A DNA stretch of 64,000 bases, taken from positions 221,131 to 285,130 of the forward strand of contig CT868661.1 of the NCBI GenBank assembly GCA_000165425.1, in the 5' to 3' direction. This document shows, piece after piece, positions 52,360-64,000 of the stretch (the stretch's first letter is position 1; each line of letters begins with the position of its first letter). A program made the translations under genes and the position numbers. Source of the stretch: Paramecium tetraurelia. Its lineage: Eukaryota. Under the pieces are notes generated by a model. That model was given only the letters and a program-made list of their open reading frames with translations, searched no databases and was not told where the DNA came from.

Positions 52360-55300
52360 ATGCCACCTAAAAAGGATGAAGTTGACTTAAATGCATTACC
52401 ACCACTCAAGCATCTTTGCGTGGGCATTCGAATTGAAGCAGGAAAGGCTCGTGCTGGAAAATTATTCAACTTACTTAAGGAATGCAAATCATTTCAAAAG
52501 AATGTAACTAGAGAGGAAATAATCAACTTTTGTAAGGAGAAATAGTTGTATGTTGATCCTGCTACTTTGACGGATAAACAAAAGAAAGTAGAGTGTTGGT
52601 ATTGATAATAGGATTCTAAATTTATGGCAGAAGTAGCTACGGAATTGACATCAGAAGTTATGAATAAGGGTTTTTAGATGTTCATTTAAGATTAAGTCTT
52701 GTCAATAAGGAAAGCCAAGTATTAAGCAGCTCAAGCATTAGCAGCAGAGAAAGCTGCTCCACCAAAGAAAGACGACAAGAAGGATGTCAAGAAGGGAGGC
52801 AAAGAAGCAGCGGCAGTTGCACCAATTCCAGAACCTGAAAAGGCTGTACCTGAGAAGGAGTACACCAAGAATTTTGACATCGTTTTCATTGTACAAGGGT
52901 TCCCTCAAGTACCATAAGAATAGATCGAATTACTCATGCATGTAAAAGAGAAAGTAATTAATTGGGGTGGAGTCGATATGAATCTCTTGGAACAAGGAGA
53001 AGATTTCCAAGAGGAATTGGAGAAGAGAATGGAAGAATTCGTATAACCAGTTACAATTAAGAGATCCTACTCAGAAGAATCTCTACATTATACTGCTGCA
53101 GAAAGGGCAGTCATTGAAGAAATTAAAAAACAAAGAAATGGCTCCCAAAAGACAGATCCACTTAGATAGCTTACTATTAAGGAATTGATCTTGGAAATGG
53201 ATTTGGAAGTTGAGGAAGAAACCCTTAAATAATTCCATGAATAATTGATTGAAGAGATCTGCTAATTTAGTGTAGATCAATAGCAATTTAATGAATGGAT
53301 TGTTAATAAGAAACCTATTCCCTTGATTACCAAGGAAGCACCCAAAGATCCATTCGATTTAGAAGTTGAGCGTATTAAGCATGAGGCTCATCAAGCAGAG
53401 GAGCAACAGAAGGCAGCAGAAGAGGCAGCTGTTGCAGAAAAGAACAAAAAAGGAGCAAAGAAAGATGCTAAGAAAACTGATGCAGAATTAGAAGCTGAGA
53501 GATTGGCTGAAATAGAGAAGAATAAATAAAACGAATTGAGAAAATAATAAATTGAAGAAGCTTTGGAATAACAACAGAAAATGAAAGCCAAATTACATTT
53601 ATAATATTATAAGCGATAACTATCTGATGTGCAACTCTCAAAAGTAGGACCTTGCATCCTATTAGAATGTTTATTAGATTAGTTATCTGCTGAGGCTGCT
53701 TATATTTAAAGTTCTAAAGTGCCGCCATGTTTAGAGGATTAAGAAGATGCGGAACAAGTTAATAGACTTTTGGCAAATCAAAAAAAGGAGTAACATTAAG
53801 CAGAAAGTGCAAAATAGTTAATATTAGATGAATGTGATTGGATTGAAGTAAGGGGACATTTTGGTTAATTACATGATTAATAATGTATTGTTGAGAGAGA
53901 ACATAAGATCTTTAATAATTTATGTTTCCCAGGTATTGATAGACAAGGCATGCCTGAAACAGCAGAGAAATCAGAGAAATTACGAAAGGCTAATAAAGCA
54001 AAGTTGCATCCATTTATAAATGTGGATGTAAGCGAATTTGAAAGAAGACAACTGCTCTTGTCTTTTGAGGAATTACTCAAAGAAAATGAGCCAGAATAAG
54101 ACTGGTATTTGGGTGATCGTATCTACTTAGAGAGACATAATAAAAATACATTGAGACAACAGTTTTATGAGGCATTATTACACGATCCTCAAGTAGTTCT
54201 AAAATACTTACCTGATGATGATGCTCTTATGGTTTGTTGTTATTATAAGAATCCTCCTGGCAGAACATTAAGAAAGAAATGGTCAGCTGAATGGAGAGTT
54301 TTACCTAATTTGGAATACTTCATTCAAGTTCGTAATTTTAATAGTGAATACTATTATGATATTGATTACTAATAAATTGGGGCTATTACTGAGAGATCAA
54401 AAATAATGTACCCCACTGATAATTCATTAATAATTGCCACCAAATTTACTGTTGGAGAGGTAGAACGTATAAGGTACAGAGTTATTAAAGAGAATGTTGT
54501 TTTTGGAATACAAGGGGGATTTTATGCTTAATTTAGAGATTTGAGAATGAGTGCCTAAGATCAGATAATGAATTTGACATTTAAGAATGGTCTTTGCTTA
54601 AGGTTTACTTAGAAAGGAGAAGTAGTTTAATAATACCTTTATCAAAAACCATAAGAATAGACTCAGACATTGCTAAATTTATACGATAATGCAGAAATTA
54701 ATCATGAATTAGAAATTAAAAGAGTTATTACAGGGTAAGGAACAGTTATTGTATATAAGAAAGATGGATCAATCATAGTATTATATGCAAATGGAAATGT
54801 CTCTATGTACAAAAATGACATGTGGATAACGACTAATAATAAAGGAATTAGAAAATCATAGAAGGGAATAGAAAAGGTTCCATGTGCAATTAAAAATGAT
54901 CCTGAAAGTGGTGCCAAAGTTTATATTCGAGATGATCAAACTCTCATCATTTATTACAAGGATGGATCTCAGTATACCTAACATTATGATGGAACCATAA
55001 TGCTTATAAAAGGAGATAAGGTGATTGTGGAACATCCTAATTTTGCTAGTGTTGTAGTTACAATTGATAAGGTCAAATAGAGAACTGGAACTATCATTGG
55101 AATGGGCAGTGCTTATGCAAATGTGGGTTTTGACAATATCTTCGAAAGAAGTAATGATGGCAGAGTGGTAGAAACCTTTTACTAAGGATGCAAGGTGATC
55201 TCTTATATCGAGAAATAAGAACTTCCAGAGTACAAGTAATACAAGACTAATCGAATTCATTTGATGTACACTCATGATGGAAGTGTTGCTAAGGTGGTTG

Positions 55301-57526
55301 ATGATGGGGAAATTGTCATAGTTACTGCTGAAGAGAGAGTGAGACTCAATAATAAAGGAGAGAAGAAACCATTGGGATAAGACTTAGACTATTGGTTGTA
55401 ATTGTTTTCTGTTTCAGATGAACGTAAAGCTGGAGTTTATACTATTGATTTGACTAGAAAATGTATCTTTACAAAGGATGAAGAATCCAATTACTTCTAA
55501 ATTGATGAAGATGGAAATGTTACTTCTAAGATTTCAGTATCCTTAAATCAAGAACCCTCTACCCCTGATTACATTCCAGATGGCTTATTTGTTGATGAAG
55601 AAAACAAAGTGCTTCCACCACCAAAGTCATGGGTTCCTCCCAGATTATTTTTAGTTAAAAATGATAATACAGGTGTTGAATTGTTTAATCAAACTCAATT
55701 ATAGGATTACTTCAGACTTAAATCAGAAAATCCATTCTGTAATAAATTAATTGATGAATTACCAAATAATGTCAAGTCTATTTCATTCATTACTGAATTG
55801 AAGAATCAAGCCAAAAAGTTCATTGAAGTCAAGATACCATAAACACTTGATATTGTACCCAAAACAGTTTAAAAAACAACTATCATTCCTCACAAAGTCT
55901 TCACCTATCGTAACTTCTTGGAGTACCTTCCTTTTGATAAAGATCAAAGAGCTCTACATGAGCAGTCATTGTAAAAATATGAAGTTTGGTAGAAGGCTAT
56001 GTAGAAAGCTTAAAATGAATTTGGAGTTATACAAAAATCAGAAGATGAAAGAGATGCTGAATTTATCATCCAAATGAAAATTTTAGAAAGCAGAAGAACT
56101 GATTATTCATATGAATCCTATGATCAAGCCAAAAGTAAAATAGCTCTGCCTGATATGGCATCCAATGCGGTCGAACCCCTTGAATAAACACTAGTTAGAA
56201 CAGCTAAAGTCTAATAAGTTGTCTAATAAGCATTTGTTGATGTACAAAGGAAAGTACAAACGATTTCACTCTAAAAATCCATCAAACCAACTTCTGAAGC
56301 CAAAGGGTTTGTCTAAAATTACTTTGATACAAAGGAAGGACATGAATATTTGAAAACAGCTCCAGAAAATCCTCCAATCAAAAAACCAAGAGACAGAATA
56401 GTCTAACCTACAGAGGAACAATAATAACAATAGTTAACATAGAACCAGCAAGATGCTTAAAAGACACTACTTGAAGGAATTATTCCATTAGAATAACCTT
56501 AACTGCCTTCACCTTAATATAATAATACAAATAATCTCACAAAAGTAATTATTAAACCCTCCGTTTTTACTCAAGCAGAAATTGATGATGAGTTTAAATA
56601 AAGAAAATAACTTGATGACTCAATTAGATATAGATAAGTAAAGAAGAAAGATTTTGATGTGTATGGAAAGGAAAGAAAAGATCTTAAATTAGTGCCTTGT
56701 CTTCTTAAGACTAATCCAAAATCTGAATTGAATTAAAAATATATTTTAACAGATGCCACCACTGACAATAGAATTAAAATTAGTTCTATGGCTACTAGAG
56801 TTTATCAATAAGCTGCTCCAATTAGTCAACTTAGAAATGAAGGCATGCATCAAACCATCATAAGGACTTTAGATAAGAAAAATAATTTAGATGAACTTAT
56901 AGATAAAAAGAATCTCATGGTTACAAGCGATATCAATGATAGGTTAAAGAAGGATCTATTGATTTATCCTATAAATGTTTAGTTTGGAGAACTTAAACAA
57001 GGTGGATAATACGAGGTCAAAATTTCAGTTAAAAACGAGGATATCATGGCTTAACGCATAGTTTTAAAGTAACCATTGAATACAAATATTAAAGCATTAA
57101 TGAAATAGATGGGCTCGGTATTCTAATTAATTTATTTATTTTTAGATATCTCTCGGTTTAGTTAGAGAAGTATTCGTTCTTATCAATGCAGAAAGAGTTG
57201 GACAATTTTCTGACGAACTCTAAATCATGTCAAAACATTCCATCTATACAATCCCAATTACTGGCAATGTTATGGAGTAGAGCATGTTTGATAAACTCAA
57301 TTCAGAATAGATCAAACTCACTAATAAACCTCTCTTAAGAAAATATGTTAAGGACTTGAAAGCAGTACTATATTTTTATCATTATTAGCAGTCTAAACAA
57401 TAAGACATAATTGGAGATAGTTAGGATTCTGATCTGCTCCCAAAGATGAATTATGACAAAAATGTCAAAATTGATCCCTTTTAGAATCAAAAGAAAGATG
57501 AATAATCATATGAGGAGGAAAATTGA
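52360..57526 (+). CDS. SPAG17/PF6-like ciliary central-pair protein
   Basis: MPPKK start, K/E/A-rich stretches, RVITGQGTVIVYKKDGSIIVLYANGNVS, C-terminal PapD/ASH-like LIYPINVQFGELKQGGQYEVKISVKN. Confidence 0.75.
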
Positions 57527-57598
57527 TTATTACAATTTATAATATATTAGTAGATTTATAAAATATAAGAATATTTCGTAATAGTTATTTTAATTAAA

Positions 57599-58711
57599 TC
57601 ATACTCTAATTTTCTTAATATTTTTCCGTAGTATGCTTTACATGGATTTGGTCTTTTCCAAGAAGTTTTTTACTCTTTCATCCTCCTTAAATTTATTGGA
57701 ACGTTTAAGATTTTCAGCAAAGCTAAAAGAATCAATTTTGACATTATCTTTGACACATACACAAGTTTTTGCTTCTAAAAGTAAAGGTAACCAATTAAGA
57801 GTGGCTAAATTGACTGCTTCAGCAACGTTGAATCCACAATTGAATCCTTAATGGTAAGCTCCAGCAAAAATAAACATAAATTCTCCTTAATGATGAGCCA
57901 TTTTTGAAATTCTAATTTCAGGAATTTTCTCCTTTAGCAAATACGGATTTATAACTGTTGTTTTATGTCTCAAATATTCTGAACATTTAGTAAAATGATC
58001 TCCATATATCTGTTTAGCATATTTTTCAAGAAGATGACTATCAGCTTCAGGTATTGAATACCAAAACCTAATGATAATTATATGGAATCTTTACTTGTCT
58101 TTGCCAACGTGAAGGTAATTGACACTGCAAAGATCTAAATCTTCTTTGTGCCAAGCAAAGAATGATTTCCAGGAACCAACATAAATATATGGTTCATTGA
58201 CTCCTGGAATACGATTCTTGAGTCCAAAATTGAGTAAACTTGTAATTTGGTTAAGGTTCCAAGAATTGTCAACATCCATAAGACTAAGCTTTATGTCAGC
58301 CCCATAAAGAGGAGGACTAAAAGCTAAACTTTTCCAGTAAAGCCTTTCAAGTTGGTCTGAATTTAGTCCTTCGTGTTGTTTGTCTATTTCTGTTTGCTTA
58401 GCTCTATAATCTTTGAGAGGCATTGACTTTTTTAAGATGTGCAAACATTCATAGTTGCCACCCTTACCGTAAACATTCTACTCAATAGGACCTTAAATAA
58501 TAAGATTGTCAAGAGATTTATTGTAATCTTGCTAGCGAATTCGGAAGTTCTTTGGGGGAACGATCTACGAATTAATTTAAATAATATAATTTACTTTCAC
58601 CATCCCGTAGTTGGTCGAATATTATTTATCTATTTTCTCGATATAATCATAGAAGTTTTCGAACTCTTAAGATGTTGGCCGTAATACAGGGCACTCCTCG
58701 ATGGTTGTCAT
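57599..58711 (-). CDS. JmjN/JmjC histone demethylase, KDM4-like
   Basis: PVLRPTSQEFENF...IVPP (JmjN), PPLYGAD, IPGVNEPYIYVG, FAWHKED, LRHK, GAYHQGFNCGFNVAEAVN. Confidence 0.93.
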
Positions 58712-58939
58712 GTTTTAAATAATACTTAAAAATCTTGGAATCAAACACGCCCTTTGAGTACCCCGGTCTGACAATATATAAGTTTATATTAAAAGAAAGG
58801 GAAAGTAAGAAACCTTAAAGATAGACGGAGGGAACAATTCTGGAGGGAGATTTGGTTGAGTGTTTTCACTTCGTTACCTTTGTTTTATGGCCATTGCATC
58901 TGCTCCCCTACAACACTTTAATTAATTGTTATATTAGAA

Positions 58940-59644
58940 TCATTTTTCCGTATCTTCTATAATGTATTCCACACCTCGTTAGGCTTCTCTCCTCTAATGA
59001 GCGAGATTACTCTCAATTTCATTTGCAGCATCAATCTGGAAATGCGAAACTACCTACTAGATCAAATCGCTTAATTGAGCAAACCTTACAAAATTAGCAG
59101 TACTAGTTTCTGCCATTTGCTTTGATCATTCAAACTCTTACTTGCTAATGATGCATAATTGAGTTCATTATAAAGAAGTTTTATGATGCCACATTTTGAA
59201 TTAGACTCTGCAGACTTTATTGCGTTTATCTCAGCTGATCAATTGATGCATTGATATCTTCCTGATCAGGTATCTGCTAAACCATTTCTATTTCATTTCT
59301 TCTCTTGATTTGATTCAAAAATTATCCTAATTAACTTGCAAGCCTTACTTCCCATCTCTTCTAAAGTATTTATGTTTAAATTCCAACACACCATTGTTGT
59401 GTCTCTTCTTGAATCCATACATGTTCAATTATCTATCCATATTTAAGGTATAATACCTAAGAAAACTAGGTAAATTCTTATGCCCAAAATATTCTGGAAG
59501 CAAGTACTATTGCAATCTCTCCTAATCTGCTAATACTAGAATTCGACCACTTTCATCAAATCTTAGTATCTCTTGTTCTTAATTCCCTTATACGATTGTA
59601 TAAAGCTTTGTCAAAAATACAGGTATTGAATGTCCATTCTCCAT
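58940..59644 (-). CDS. heat-shock factor (HSF) DNA-binding protein
   Basis: PVFLTKLYTIV...[25 protein letters not shown]...EFKHKYFRRDG, followed by a coiled coil. Confidence 0.92.
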
Positions 59645-60850
59645 TAATTATAATGAATAATACATCATTAACTCAATCAGGAAATTATAAACTGGCAAAT
59701 CAGATTTTCTTATCTACACACCCTTACATGCTTTTACATGGGCATCTATTAATGAGGCTGCCTCTTAGAAGAACATAAACATATCTGGGTTCATCTTCCT
59801 ATAGTAAGATATATTTAAATGTACAAATGGCAGAATTGAACTTGTTTTGACACATCTTCATAGAAATTTCGAATTGAGATTATTTCTAAAATTTAGTACC
59901 TGTTTTCCTGACCATAGAATGGAAAAACTAATACAAAATAAGATAATAAATAATGAAAAAAAGATATTTTAATATATATCCCAAGACTAGATTTAGGCAT
60001 TTATTAATCCTAAGCATATTTGAGAAGGATTCCTCTTTGTTACTATTCTACAAGAACGTCAAATATTTATATTTACATAGGAGTTATTCAAGCTTAGTAG
60101 ATTATTTTATAAAGCCTTCTTCCTTGTTTTTTTTATCATATTAAAGTCTTGAAAGAATTTAGCAATATAATTGCAATTATAGAATCTTTTAGAAACTAAA
60201 TCTAAAACTTAAATGATACTATAAGCTGTTAAAAATGATGTTCATGTAATTAATATTAACAATAACACAATAGTTATTATTGTGTTATGTTAACATAGAC
60301 TACAAATATATTTTAATAAAATAAATGGAAATTACTCCTCCACATAAAGAATCAAAATTTATTCTCCTTGTTATAAAATTACAAATTTGTTAAAATTCAT
60401 TCTTATTGAAACAATTGATATAAAACAGAAGATTAATACTATTTAGAATTTAATATAATTTGAAGATTAAAGATATTTCTCAGACTTTTTATTCAAAAAC
60501 CAACTAAAAATTAGTAATTTTTAGGGGTAATAACACAATTATTTTATTTTCCCTATGCTTTTAATAATAATATATTAATAAATAAATTTTACATTGAATA
60601 TGATTGATTTTAGAATGTACTTATTGTTCCTTAATTCCTTTTAAATTAGTTATTCAAAATGCCTTTTAGATTTTATAAATCATACTTGTTCCCAATAATC
60701 CTGAAAAAATACTTTAGTAATTAGTAATTTCTTCTGAATTAGCAGTTTTAATAGTAAAAGAAATTTAGAATTTAATACCATTTATATATATTAATATTGA
60801 ATTGAGCTTAATAAATTAAGTTATTAATATATTTATTCTAAATCTAATTA

Positions 60851-61206
60851 ATGGCTTAAAATGATTCTGAAGCTACAAAGTAATCCTGCGATTTGCAGAC
60901 AGTATCCAAGAGAATCACCAAACAGCAAGGTCATTGGAATCAAAGTGAGCACAATACTTATCTCAATTTTTTATTGGAGAATGCCAACCACACCAAAGGG
61001 TAAAGATTGTTCAAGAGAATGAGTTAAGTTGTTGGCACTCGTACACCTAGTTAATGCAGGTAAGAACCCTTAATATAAGATCGCATCACTAAAAATTTAA
61101 TCCATAAAAGACAAAATCTTCTATAGATACAAGTTTTTGGAGATCCAAACAATTCGCCAGAAGCTACTTCGCTCAACACAAATAATCTAATGAAGATAGT
61201 AATTGA
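60851..61206 (+). CDS. single-repeat Myb protein (SHAQK-like class)
   Basis: GHWNQSEHNTYLNFL...FKRMSQVVGTRTPSQC[20-nt intron 61060-61079]RSHHQKF. Confidence 0.9.
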
Positions 61207-61295
61207 TTTATCTTTGTAATTTATACTAAAATGTTAGTGCCCTTTTTAAAAGATAGTATCATTACTTATTTTAAATCTATATATAACATAAAAAT

Positions 61296-62094
61296 TCAAT
61301 TCAAGTTTCTCCCTTCTTTCCCTTATAAATTTTACTCCTATAATGGTAATTTCACAGCAATCAGACTCAGCCTTTTTAAATTATTGCTGCTCTGAAATTT
61401 GGACACTTGCTAGCGTTGATAAGGCATTTAAACTTACTTAACTTCCAATTGTTTGATTATGACCATTTACACCTACTGCAAAGTTCTTTTAAGCATACTC
61501 AATAGAATTGAATTCTTACTCTTCTGCTTGCTATTATAAATTCATTAATAATTTCTCCTTTAAACTTTAATACTTCTAACAATTCTGCCTAATATAATTA
61601 ATTTATAATTTAATTTACTTCAGCAATTCAATCATTTCATAATCATATAGTGTTTATTTACTCTCATATTCCAATTCCAACTATTCCTTCAATTCCATTC
61701 TCTAAATGCTGAATTCCTAAATTAATTCAGAATAAATTTAGTTTTAACTGTAATTCTTTCCTTTATATTTATATCTATTTTATATAACATAATGAATTTG
61801 TGGAATCTAAGGTTTCTTAGGTTTTATAATTGATTTCTCTATCTTTTTGGACTAATTCAACATTTGATTAATTTTTTTAAATTCACTTAATTACTCTTAA
61901 TATTTCACTTCAAATTTTTCAAATTATTCCTGGTAATACCTTTGTTCCTCATGAGCCAATAATTCCCATTTCCTTTGCAATAAAGTCCCCATCATATTGA
62001 CCCCAACTCCATTCTACTAAAATATCTTGGCCTATTCTTTATAGAAAATTTAGTAAGCAGATATATATTATCTTTTTGGCAACTAATTAACCAT
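61296..62094 (-). CDS. HMG-box protein (two boxes, second degenerate)
   Basis: PKRQYISAYQIFYKEQ...LLQRKWELLAHEEQRYYQEQFEKFEVKY, then KPKKPQIPQIHYV. Confidence 0.8.
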
Positions 62095-62642
62095 TTTCAC
62101 TTCAAATTTTTTTTATTTACTTTTTCGATTCTTTATTTCAAAAATAGAGATGAAAACATGATTAACTGACTCATTTTTTAATATATTGGGTCAGCATGAA
62201 AAAGGATTCAAATATTTAAATATATCAAAATGATTTATTTTGTTACTTATTTGTAGAGGATAAAATAAAATTGCATGAGAATCATTGAAATATTATGTAC
62301 CAAATTTAACTTTAATAATTGAACAATGCAACTTGATAACTCCTTAAAATTCTATTAAATTGAGTTTATTTTAATGAATCAAAAGCAATATATAAATGTA
62401 TATCAAATTTCTAAATTTTTTTAACTAATAAAAAGTTATAGAGTTTTTTTTATAAAATGTTGTTAAAACCCTATAAAATTTAGTTCTTTAAAAATTCTTA
62501 CATTTTTAAAGTATAAATAAAATTCTGATTCAAATATTTATCTGAATATTTCCTAAAAGAATTAGTTAACAAATTATGATAAAAAGAAAGTAATTAATCA
62601 AATTTCGTTATGAGTAAAATTTTAGATAATAATTTAAAAAAA

Positions 62643-62966
62643 ATGGACTATTGCGATTCTTGCAGAACTGCGTTGGAGGAGAGAACCCAATTGTTAAACA
62701 ACATTAAAAACTTGAGGGGGAAACTGGAGAAGGCTGAAATGGAATTAAAAGAATTGAAAGATGAGAACTAATACTTAAAGGGCAAAGGACATGCATCCTA
62801 AAAGTTGAGAAAGAAAAATAATATGTTTAAATTAGAATTGGAATAGAGTTACTAAAAAATTGAATAATTATAATTGATTATTCAGCATAAAGATATGATA
62901 ATCGATGACTCAGCTCTAATCGATAATGCTACCGAAAATACTCCTAAAATAGAAAAAGGAAAATGA
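62643..62966 (+). CDS. small coiled-coil protein with N-terminal CxxC
   Basis: MDYCDSCRTALEERTQLLNNIKNLRGKLEKAE...KGK-TGA. Confidence 0.65.
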
Positions 62967-63369
62967 TGTGCTGAATGTTAAATATATATAATTTATACTT
63001 ACTTTATATTCTAAATTTAATAACATAATTTATAATCTTAAACAATAAATCAATAGTCGTAGTGATTCGAGAATAGCAGATCCTTTCTTAGGATTAGAAA
63101 TACTTGATAGAATTTAATAAATACAAATAAATTGAAAATAAATAAATGAGAGCTACTGTATTTAAATGAAATTATTATTTCTTAAGATAATAATAAGAGA
63201 ATTAGAAAATTTGTAATATAGATAAAAAGGTATAAAAAAGTGAGATCTGAATTTTTAATTATTTAACTGAGATATAAGCTGATTGATAAGATTATTAACC
63301 TAATAGGTAGATTTTTTTTATTGCTGATAAAATTATTTTATATAAATATATTTTTGTAGGAGATTAAAA

Positions 63370-64000
63370 ATGCGAAATTAGACTCTTAAATCTATTTTAG
63401 AGAACAGTGATCTTGAAATAATAAAGGCAAAAGCATTTGATTCAATTTCTTAACCTAATGCAACGGAGATCAATCTTCAGTTCTTGTTAGAAATTTTAAT
63501 GAGAAATGTTTAAAAGTGAATAGTTTTTTCAAAGAATCCCTTTTCAATTCCTTAATAGAAACTGCATTTAATGGCGATGATTCAAAAATGAAACGGAAGT
63601 TAATTCATACTTTAGATTATTTTACAAATCTAACTACTTTTACTTTCTTTCTTCTCTGGAAATGAATTAAAAATGAAAACTAATAAGACATGTAAAATTT
63701 TGTTTTGAATTCAAATTCTATCAGTGAATTCATTGTCTTATTGATATCTTTAAGAATTAATGAATTTAGAATGGAACAATAATTGGTTACGATGATAGAA
63801 CTCATAGTTTAACCTTTCCCAGAAGAAACAATATTAAAATAATATTCAGAAACCTAGAGATCGTACTTATCAGTAGGACTGTTTCATCCAAAAATTACTT
63901 CATTTGGTGTCAAATCGAAATCAGTACTACCATGGACAGCTGATGAAGTTGCTTTTGTGTTAAGTTTCATGAAATTAGTCGTTTTATGCTGGGTTATAAA
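63370..64000 (+). other. possible coding sequence or decayed gene running off the window end
   Basis: Protein-like stretches such as LFHPKITSFGVKSKSVLPWTADEVAFVLSF, but no consistent single frame could be built. Confidence 0.3.

Noticed and set aside
58745..58918. Telomerase RNA, RNase MRP or spliceosomal snRNA
   Set aside because: No telomere template, CR-I/CR-V pair or snRNA 5' signature could be matched by eye. Kept only as an unexplained spacer.
329..60144. Many short ORFs in the supplied track (e.g. 329-526, 3055-3264, 11268-11575, 35322-35588, 53391-53591, 54856-55275)
   Set aside because: They are antisense or off-frame shadows of larger ciliate-code genes.
1..64000. Transposons, retained IESs, telomeric repeats, CRISPR arrays
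   Set aside because: No transposase or RT catalytic motifs, terminal inverted repeats, G3-4T2-3 arrays or repeat-spacer arrays were seen, consistent with somatic macronuclear DNA.

Overview
AT-rich, gene-dense eukaryotic DNA from a ciliate macronuclear chromosome, most likely Paramecium. Reading frames stay open only if TAA/TAG are read as Gln and TGA is the sole stop, introns are 20-31 nt GT-AG, and some intergenic gaps are 7-40 nt. The supplied standard-code ORF track therefore fragments or misses most genes. About 40 protein genes can be read. They include an IP3R/RyR-type Ca2+-release channel (5' end outside the window), a RING/TRAF protein, a CXC protein, COG5, an FG nucleoporin, a jacalin-like lectin, an ePHD protein, two HTH paralogs, two kinases, a DHHC acyltransferase, Tim22, an RRM protein, a SETD9-like protein, a catalytically dead GPx-fold protein, two tandem LRR paralogs, a DNAJC17-like protein, a divergent P2B-like ATPase, a cyclin, a Rab, an HP1-like protein, SPAG17/PF6, a KDM4-like demethylase, HSF, Myb and HMG proteins. 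There is also one tRNA-Lys(UUU) and a decayed DEAH-helicase pseudogene. The oddities most worth following up are the P-type ATPase lacking the TGES Glu, the myristoylated pseudo-GPx, the in-frame open spacer linking HSF to KDM4, the 10- and 18-nt divergent ATG gaps, and an unexplained frame jump in the Ca2+ channel gene. All translations were done by hand, so exon boundaries are approximate and family calls come from motif recognition, not database searches.
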